Shown: positions 25,346 through 32,029 of the stretch, piece by piece
Numbering within the stretch: position 1 is the first letter of the stretch
Layout: each line of letters opens with the position of its first letter
Source of the DNA: Candidatus Woesearchaeota archaeon
GTDB lineage: Archaea > Nanobdellota > Nanobdellia > Woesearchaeales > B72-G16
Assembly (NCBI GenBank): GCA_003650545.1
Contig: QMQO01000014.1
Coordinates: forward strand, 1 to 32,029
DNA: 32,029 nucleotides
Direction of reading: 5' to 3'
Program-made: the position numbers and the translations under genes
Notes under the pieces: generated by a model
The model's database searches: none
The model's input: only the letters and a program-made list of their open reading frames with translations
Told to the model about the DNA's origin: nothing

Positions 25346-28300
25346 TTAACCAAACCACTTACCTAAGCCAGTCTGTTTTTCTTTTTCTCTCCCGAAAATC
25401 TGATCGATGTTTCTTCTTAAAAGAAGGAGTGTTTGTTTTAAATAGGCTGGAACTTCGTATTTATTCGCTAGGCTAATACTCGGTTCTAAATATTTAACTA
25501 TACTGCCTTCTGAAACCGTGAAGATGATCTTCCCCCCACAAACTGCACATTTCCCTGTAAGGGGAGGTCTCCGATATTTCTCATTACATTTGACACACCT
25601 GAAAACTTGTTGGGAAAATTTTCTTAGATTTCCTTTTATATCTTTTAAAAAGTGTTTCTCAACAACTAACTTTGCTACATCTGCTTCAACAACAGACACT
25701 AATTTTTCAGCTAAATTCATTTGCCCTCTAAGCTTTTCCTCCATTGATGGTAAGAGTTTATACGCTGAACACAAAACTCCTTTATTTATATTTTTGGTGT
25801 CGTGTGTGAATGTCAAACCTTCAAATTGTTCTTTAGTGCCAAGGACATCACCGATCTTTTTTATTTTAGCATCCCAAGGCATCTTTCTTTCTATACACGC
25901 TTCATAAAACTCCAAAGGATACCTAGATACTATGTCCATATCAAAAACCATATCATCAACCTCTGAAGGATTCAGAACTGATGTGAGTACAAGTGGTGCA
26001 TCCATTGTAGCGCCTCTGTGATTTGGCAAGTATATTTTAGAAAAATTAAGAAAAGCATCCAACAACAAAAACACACAAGACTCGTCTCCATCTAAGTCTC
26101 GTCTCATTGCAGCGTGGAAGATTGGGTTGGCGAAAAAGCCTTGTGTCTTTGAAAAACCAATAATTCTACCAACTATGCCTGCGCTAGTGTGTGGTGCTAA
26201 TCCTACTATAAGTTGTCCCACAAGATCTGCTTTATCATTTAAATTATAATAAGGTTCAAGCCCGTAGAGCTTTACAAGCAGTTCATCTATAAACTTAGTA
26301 GACCTAAAAAGTATATCCGCACAATCTTCATCTGGTGAAACCGGACAAGAAGGCAAAATTACATCTTGGGGAAAAATTTCGAGTAGTTGATCTTCACTCT
26401 CCAGGGGCCTATTACTAACATCTGTAGTATAACCCAACTGTTTAAGTTTCTCTATGGTAGTTCCTATCTCCTTTGGTCTAAAGTGAGTTATTCCGACTTC
26501 ACTTGCATCGTATCTAATTGTGCCATCCTTATTAACAAACAACCCATACTTTGCTCTTAAAACGCCCTTGATCAAATGTTCTGGAACATGGTCTTTATTA
26601 GAAGTTCCTCTAACACCTTTAATCAAATCAGGATATGAATTTGTAGAAAGTTTTTTTAGAATGTGATTAAAAAGACGTCTAATGTCAATTTCCTTACACC
26701 TATAAGTTGAAGCCTGTCCGTGCTTCTCACATTCTGGTTTATCTATTAGGCCACACACACTACAGAAAAATCTTTTTTCTGTTGGTTTATCACAGGCCTC
26801 GCAAACAGAAAATATTGTTTCTCTGTCACAATCTGAACAATAAAATATAGGGAAATCTGCTTTTACCTTACCAACATCCAGAGCAGATTGTATCGACCTT
26901 AATCTTCCACCTTCTTCACCAACAGGAAAAAGTACTTGTGGGCTTCCTGTTAGTTTTCTCATTTTTGCTTTCTCCGGACGACCCATCCTTGCTCCAATGA
27001 ATACACCTGCTTTTGGCCTTATTTGGTAATCAGAAATATCATTTATCACGTCCATTATATCAACAGACTCGTAATCCTTTAATTTTTTTAACAACTCACC
27101 AACACTTTCTTTGTCTATTAGGTTTAATGTGTCTAAAAACGCATTTGCTGTATCACCTTCAACCACAACGAACTCCTTGCTTACTAATTTGTGGGGAAGA
27201 CATAATTTTTCAAATATGATTTTTGCTTTATTGGCAGGTATAACAAATTTAACAACTCTACCATTTTCCTTAAAAATATTGATAGAACCCAGATTGGAAA
27301 TCAAATCATATAAATCGTCATAGCTTAAAGCATCCCAAAAAAATAGAAATTTTGGGTGTAGTGGTACGTTTAATCTCTGACTGATTGCTTTAGCCTCAAA
27401 ATAAGTTATATCTCTTAACAAATAATTCTTTATAAGGTATTCTGTGCGTTTTTCGTCAACCTCGATAATATTTGCAAGTTTATTTAGATCTAATGATCCA
27501 AAAACATCTACAACAGCTCTCTCAACTTCTTGTACCCACCACTCCTCACAATATCCTGGTGGAAGAAGCCTGTGTGCTCTATTAAGAAAATCACCGTATG
27601 AAATTAATAAATCTCCTAGGAACAGAATCTTTGTTATTTTATTTTTCATTTTTTTTGCTTCTTCTTCATTCTCTAATTTGATAACAGAGCCATCCTCTAA
27701 CTGCACTACTGGTCCCTCAATTAGATCACACGAAGTCAATGCTGCGCCTTTACTAGGTCTTTCGACTTTAATGTGTGTTGCCACTGCAATGTAACCATCT
27801 AAAACATGCATTGTTGCAGGGTGTATGGCCATGCTCGAATAGCCGCTAACTCTAGATCTACCATATCTAAGTCTAAATCCTCCGTGTCTCAATGGGTGCC
27901 CAAGAACTGGTCTCCCTGCAACAATATCAGTAATATAAGTATACACAGGTATGATCTTATCTTTTGCTTCATTTACACTACCCAATGCTTTGGCTTTTTT
28001 CTGGATTTTCAAAAAATCTTTTAAAAAGTTCCAGTGATCCAGATCAAAATCTTTACCCCACTTATTTAGCTGTTTCCAAAGTTTCGGCGCCTTAAGTGGA
28101 ACACAACTGGAATGAATTAAACAAAAACCACTTCTAAGAAAATTAGTAGGAATTCTAGGAAGATCTTTGTAGTTACTCACCTCATATTTCTCAGAAGGAT
28201 CGCCACTAATTTGGACTGGCATATTCCTCATTAAAAATTCGACTTCTTCTTTTGAAGGAAAATATTGTAGATTTGTAACGCGTTCATGGTAATCTTCTAT

Positions 28301-28897
28301 TTCAGTAAATGTCCTCTTCACTTCTTCTTCAGTCGGATCGTATTCAGCATAACCCATTTTTTTCCTAACATAATCGGCTATCAACACGCTTACTGCAGCG
28401 TTTGTGCCACCCGCATTCCTTATTGGCCCTGAAAAATTTAGTCTGAAATATTTTCCTCTACCATCAAGTCTATCAATTAAATCAAGCCCAACAAACCCTT
28501 CCAACGGAGACGACACAACACCCACAGTGCTATATGCAAAGCCAGTTCTTATTCCCACCTCCATAGCCTCCTTTTTGTTCTTAAATTTGCAAAATTTCTC
28601 TTGTGAAATCTCTAAAGCTATCTGCAATGCAACCCTCCAATCTAAGACACCGTATTTTTTCTCCAATTCAATAATTCTCTTTTCTGCTCCAGCACCCTTT
28701 ATTTGGGGTGCAACAACAGAAATTAAACCAATAACACGCTCTGCCATGTTCTTTGCAAGAGTCACTTCCACAAAATCAACAGGGTCGTATTTTTTTTCCC
28801 TGGCTTTGGTAGCTATAGAAAACGCCTTTTTGATTTCGTCGTTTATACCATCAAAATATGTTTTAATTTTTGCGCTTGCATCTATTTTAATCACCAA
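25346..28897 (-). CDS. polC: DNA polymerase D large subunit DP2 (exact start uncertain)
   Basis: GPIRNAGGT, GGFRLRYGRSR, RMGRPEK, DGTIRYD, LAPHTSAG, catalytic DGD, Zn-binding Cys clusters, C-terminal PIP box QTGLGKWF; no intein. Confidence 0.97.
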   Translation of the reverse strand: MVIKIDASAKIKTYFDGINDEIKKAFSIATKAREKKYDPVDFVEVTLAKNMAERVIGLISVVAPQIKGAGAEKRIIELEKKYGVLDWRVALQIALEISQEKFCKFKNKKEAMEVGIRTGFAYSTVGVVSSPLEGFVGLDLIDRLDGRGKYFRLNFSGPIRNAGGTNAAVSVLIADYVRKKMGYAEYDPTEEEVKRTFTEIEDYHERVTNLQYFPSKEEVEFLMRNMPVQISGDPSEKYEVSNYKDLPRIPTNFLRSGFCLIHSSCVPLKAPKLWKQLNKWGKDFDLDHWNFLKDFLKIQKKAKALGSVNEAKDKIIPVYTYITDIVAGRPVLGHPLRHGGFRLRYGRSRVSGYSSMAIHPATMHVLDGYIAVATHIKVERPSKGAALTSCDLIEGPVVQLEDGSVIKLENEEEAKKMKNKITKILFLGDLLISYGDFLNRAHRLLPPGYCEEWWVQEVERAVVDVFGSLDLNKLANIIEVDEKRTEYLIKNYLLRDITYFEAKAISQRLNVPLHPKFLFFWDALSYDDLYDLISNLGSINIFKENGRVVKFVIPANKAKIIFEKLCLPHKLVSKEFVVVEGDTANAFLDTLNLIDKESVGELLKKLKDYESVDIMDVINDISDYQIRPKAGVFIGARMGRPEKAKMRKLTGSPQVLFPVGEEGGRLRSIQSALDVGKVKADFPIFYCSDCDRETIFSVCEACDKPTEKRFFCSVCGLIDKPECEKHGQASTYRCKEIDIRRLFNHILKKLSTNSYPDLIKGVRGTSNKDHVPEHLIKGVLRAKYGLFVNKDGTIRYDASEVGITHFRPKEIGTTIEKLKQLGYTTDVSNRPLESEDQLLEIFPQDVILPSCPVSPDEDCADILFRSTKFIDELLVKLYGLEPYYNLNDKADLVGQLIVGLAPHTSAGIVGRIIGFSKTQGFFANPIFHAAMRRDLDGDESCVFLLLDAFLNFSKIYLPNHRGATMDAPLVLTSVLNPSEVDDMVFDMDIVSRYPLEFYEACIERKMPWDAKIKKIGDVLGTKEQFEGLTFTHDTKNINKGVLCSAYKLLPSMEEKLRGQMNLAEKLVSVVEADVAKLVVEKHFLKDIKGNLRKFSQQVFRCVKCNEKYRRPPLTGKCAVCGGKIIFTVSEGSIVKYLEPSISLANKYEVPAYLKQTLLLLRRNIDQIFGREKEKQTGLGKWFG

Positions 28898-30479
28898 ACT
28901 TCATAATAGTAACTTCTCGTGTTTTTAGGCTAACGACGGGTACTCTACACGGCTCAGGTACTATACCGCGCTTCTCCTGATATTCTGTTGAGCTTAGCCA
29001 ACACGAACAATTAAGTAACGTCACAGAACGATAACTAGACACAGCAACCCTGTGTATATGACCTGTAACAAAAAAATCTGGGACAATGTCAATTACTAAA
29101 GGATCGTAATCTGGAACAGGGATATATTGTGTTGATGTATGCGATGGTGCAAGGTGCCTTCTCTGTAATAGAAATCTCATTATTAGGTCAGGTCTTTTCA
29201 GTCCACCTTGCGTTCTGATAGCATCAACAACATCTGCATAATATGGAAAGCTAAATCCATGATATAAAAGTACATTAAAGCCAGAGAATGTATCTGAAGC
29301 ATGTATGTTTACAAGCGCAGGATTACTAACGGAAATTAGATTTGGTAGTTTCTTTGTGTTAATAAAATCTTCGTAAATGGGTGGTTGTGGTTCCGCTATC
29401 CTCACAGCATCGTGGTTGCCAGGGCAAATAATGATTTTTATCTGTTTAGGAATTTTATCAAGATAGTCTAATAAGACCCTATACTGCTCTTTAATATCAT
29501 TTATGTCAAGTTCGTCTTCCTGACCAGGGTAAATTCCTGCACCTTCAACCAAATCACCCACAATAAAAACATATCTAACCTTCGAAGCAATTCTTCTTTG
29601 TTTTTCTCCACCCAAATCACCATTTAACCATCTAATAAATTTTCCAAATTCTTTTTTTAAGAAATTTGTTATGCCAAAATGTGGATCACCCAAGAACGCT
29701 ACATAAACATCGTCAGAACATTTTTTAAGGGCTGTATTTATGGGTATATCTGGCCAATACAATTCGTTTGCAAACACAACCTTGTTTCCATTAACACCGT
29801 TTATAGCTATTACCTCGTCTAAAACGACGTTTTTGGCAGACTCGTATAATTCTGGCTTGTTTTTACTAACAACAACTTTGATGCTACCTGTTTGGTCCTC
29901 TAACGTTAACATCAAATTGTTGTTTTTTGTCTCTCTGATCTCAGCCACCATACCTAATATCGAGATGTGTTCCCGATCTGTCTTGTCTAATACGCGGTTT
30001 ATGCTGACCGTGTTCTGAAGTTCTTGTCTCTGTTTTAATATCTTTTCTATCGCTTTGTATCTAAAATTAAAATAATCAACAAAATCTGCAATGGTGAGTT
30101 TTTTGGGTTGTGTCTTGAAACACTTTAATATTTTTACAGGGGTGGTATCGGCGGTCTTGTTTTTTTCATTTTTAATCACAAGTTTATGTTTATTTTTTGT
30201 TAAATAATCTTTGAATTTGGTGAGTGGTTTTTTGTTGCCATACTTTTGTTCTAAAACCAAACACCGCTCTAATTCAACCCAATTTATTGTCACTTTTGGG
30301 AAAAATTCTAAAAACTCTAATACTTCCGCCGTTATGATCAGTGGTGGTTCTTGGTTCTTTAAATTTTTCAATCTCGATGCTACGAAGCCACTATCTATAT
30401 TTTCTATACCGCTTTCTACAGCAATCAAAAATCCAAGACTTAGCAGAGCTTTAACTTTTTCTTTTGTTATTCTTTTCAT
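28887..30479 (-). CDS. polB: DNA polymerase D small subunit DP1 (3'-5' exonuclease)
   Basis: OB fold (LEDQTG) and calcineurin-like motifs GDPHFG, GDLVEG.GIYPGQ, PGNHD, YHG, RRHLAP, GHIH. Confidence 0.96.
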   Translation of the reverse strand: MKRITKEKVKALLSLGFLIAVESGIENIDSGFVASRLKNLKNQEPPLIITAEVLEFLEFFPKVTINWVELERCLVLEQKYGNKKPLTKFKDYLTKNKHKLVIKNEKNKTADTTPVKILKCFKTQPKKLTIADFVDYFNFRYKAIEKILKQRQELQNTVSINRVLDKTDREHISILGMVAEIRETKNNNLMLTLEDQTGSIKVVVSKNKPELYESAKNVVLDEVIAINGVNGNKVVFANELYWPDIPINTALKKCSDDVYVAFLGDPHFGITNFLKKEFGKFIRWLNGDLGGEKQRRIASKVRYVFIVGDLVEGAGIYPGQEDELDINDIKEQYRVLLDYLDKIPKQIKIIICPGNHDAVRIAEPQPPIYEDFINTKKLPNLISVSNPALVNIHASDTFSGFNVLLYHGFSFPYYADVVDAIRTQGGLKRPDLIMRFLLQRRHLAPSHTSTQYIPVPDYDPLVIDIVPDFFVTGHIHRVAVSSYRSVTLLNCSCWLSSTEYQEKRGIVPEPCRVPVVSLKTREVTIMKFGD

Positions 30480-30492
30480 TTTATGTGTTAAA

Positions 30493-31689
30493 TTATAAAC
30501 CCAAATTATTCTTTAGGCTAGCAAATATCGTTTGTTTTATTGTATTAGGGATAGATAAATTGATTTCTCTTGTGCGCCCATATCTTCCCTTCGAAACAAC
30601 CTTTGCCGTAATCAAACCAAGCATATCAAATTCAGCCAAGATATCCGAAATTCTTCTTTGTGTTAATGGTCGCAGCCCAGCTTTCACACAAAGTTTTTTA
30701 TAATAACTATATATGTCACCTGTATAAACTGTGCTTTGGTTATTTAATGAAAACAAAGCGAAAAGGGTTAGTTGGTATTGCTTTGGTTGATTATCTATAA
30801 CATAAAAAACCGTATCCCGCTCTATTTTTTCTTCTGCTTCATCAACATGCTCTATTCTTATATTTTTTTGATTGGTTCTGTCTGCTATCTCGGCAGCGAC
30901 CCTTAACAGTTCTATTGCTCTCCTAGCGTCTCCATGATCGCGGGCTGCATAAGCAGCACACTTCTCTATAACGCCTTCAGCAAGAACACCTTCTTCAAAA
31001 ACTTCAGAAACTCTTGTTCTCAGAATATCTTGTATTTGAATTGCGTTATATGGCTCAAAAACAATCTCTTCTTCTGACAGAGAAGACTTTACTCTAGGAT
31101 CTAAATTATTTAAAAAAAACAAATCATTACTAATACCAACAATTGAAAGTAAAGTGTTTTTCAACTCTGAGTCAATCCTCGTAAAATTATATAGAATTTC
31201 ATCTCCTGTTTTTTTTATTAACTGGTCAATTTCGTCTAACACTATTATTATTACTCCTCTTTCTTTCTCTATTGCATTAAACAAAACATTATACACTTCA
31301 TCTGTAGGTAAGCCAGTGGTTGGTATTTCCTTACCAAATTCACGTGCTAGTTGTGCAACCACCCTGTATTCTGTATCCGCGATTTTTTTTAATTTACAAT
31401 TAACATAGACTAATTTAAGTGGTATGTTATTTTTTTTTGAAACAGACATCAAATTAGAAAGTACGTGTCTTACTGTTACTGTTTTTCCAGTTCCAGTTTT
31501 ACCATAAATAAATAGGTTAGATGGTTTCTCTAATTTTAGACTTGGAGCCAGAATCTTTGCAATATCTTCTATTTGTTTTTCTCTATGTAAGATCTTTTCA
31601 GGACAATAAGAAGGTAAAAGAACTTTCTTATTCACAAAAATAGAATTTTTTTTAATAAAACCCTCAAAATAACCAGACAGATCCTGCAA
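30493..31689 (-). CDS. cdc6: Orc1/Cdc6 replication initiator (TTG start)
   Basis: Walker A GKTGTGKT, Walker B VLDEID, DPRVKSSL, GDARRAI, wHTH with SKGRYGRT; GGGGTG motif upstream of TTG. Confidence 0.97.
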   Translation of the reverse strand: MQDLSGYFEGFIKKNSIFVNKKVLLPSYCPEKILHREKQIEDIAKILAPSLKLEKPSNLFIYGKTGTGKTVTVRHVLSNLMSVSKKNNIPLKLVYVNCKLKKIADTEYRVVAQLAREFGKEIPTTGLPTDEVYNVLFNAIEKERGVIIIVLDEIDQLIKKTGDEILYNFTRIDSELKNTLLSIVGISNDLFFLNNLDPRVKSSLSEEEIVFEPYNAIQIQDILRTRVSEVFEEGVLAEGVIEKCAAYAARDHGDARRAIELLRVAAEIADRTNQKNIRIEHVDEAEEKIERDTVFYVIDNQPKQYQLTLFALFSLNNQSTVYTGDIYSYYKKLCVKAGLRPLTQRRISDILAEFDMLGLITAKVVSKGRYGRTREINLSIPNTIKQTIFASLKNNLGL

Positions 31690-31709
31690 TCTACCACCCC
31701 ACTTATTAA

Positions 31710-31729
31710 TTCCACACGAAACTCAGGTG
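31710..31729 (+). promoter_or_regulatory. ORB-like (mini-ORB) element in the cdc6 promoter
   Basis: TTCCACACGAAACTCAGGTG matches TTCCA-N3-GAAAC with a degenerate G-string. Confidence 0.7.
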
Positions 31730-31762
31730 ATATAAATAATTTTATGTTCTTAATGTTATATA

Positions 31763-31784
31763 CCCCCTCCATTTCCTTTGGAAA
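31763..31784 (-). promoter_or_regulatory. Origin recognition box (ORB)
   Basis: Minus strand reads TTTCCAAAGGAAATGGAGGGGG, i.e. ORB core plus G-string, upstream of cdc6. Confidence 0.85.
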
Positions 31785-32029
31785 ATGAAATTAATTTTTT
31801 CTTGAATAAATTAATTTTATCTTGAATTTATCATTTGAATTTATTATTTTATAATTATAACTTTTTTCTTTTGTTACCTTGTTTTTTTACTAAATTAACT
31901 TTTATTTTTTATAATTATTACCTTTTTTTACCATAACCTTTATTTTTTACAATTATTTTATTAATTTTAATAATTCTACATTTATTTTCATACTTCTTCA
32001 TATTTTTTTTCTCTTTTAAAACATAAAAA

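Larger units (their letters stand above)
31700..32029. other. Replication origin oriC (partial; continues beyond the window)
   Basis: Two ORBs next to cdc6, followed by more than 240 bp of extremely AT-rich, T-skewed non-coding DNA (DUE-like). Confidence 0.82.

Noticed and set aside
174..31408. Numerous 60-174 aa ORFs overlapping known genes (e.g. 19579-20031, 20217-20690, 28404-28928)
   Set aside because: Shadow ORFs of well-supported genes, without independent motifs or start signals

Overview
AT-rich archaeal chromosomal segment, most consistent with a DPANN (Woesearchaeales/Nanobdellota-like) genome; the taxonomy is inferred from gene content and protein style, not from a search. It is the core region next to a replication origin. 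At the right end lie ORB elements and an AT-rich unwinding region upstream of the cdc6-DP1-DP2 operon. Within 32 kb are also RPA2, MCM (with a 404-aa intein immediately before Walker B), PCNA, topoisomerase VI B/A, a lone bacterial-type gyrA, scpB, TBP, aIF-2beta, NAC, Sec61beta, RNase J and a HTH-iscS-iscU Fe-S operon with a palindromic operator. Two RNA genes are absent from the ORF track: a compact RNase P RNA (22141-22440) and, most strikingly, a tRNA-Leu(CAA) on the minus strand (12370-12579) interrupted by three introns (15/16, 30/31, 37/38). That tRNA has a 7-nt anticodon micro-exon, overlapping bulge-helix-bulge motifs and a kink-turn inside the third intron. Other candidates for undescribed biology are a tandem trio of related coiled-coil proteins, a Cys/His-bearing HTH regulator heading the Fe-S operon, and several proteins with altered catalytic or ligand motifs. 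No CRISPR array, rRNA or transposase was seen. All calls come from motif recognition by eye; no database searches were run.
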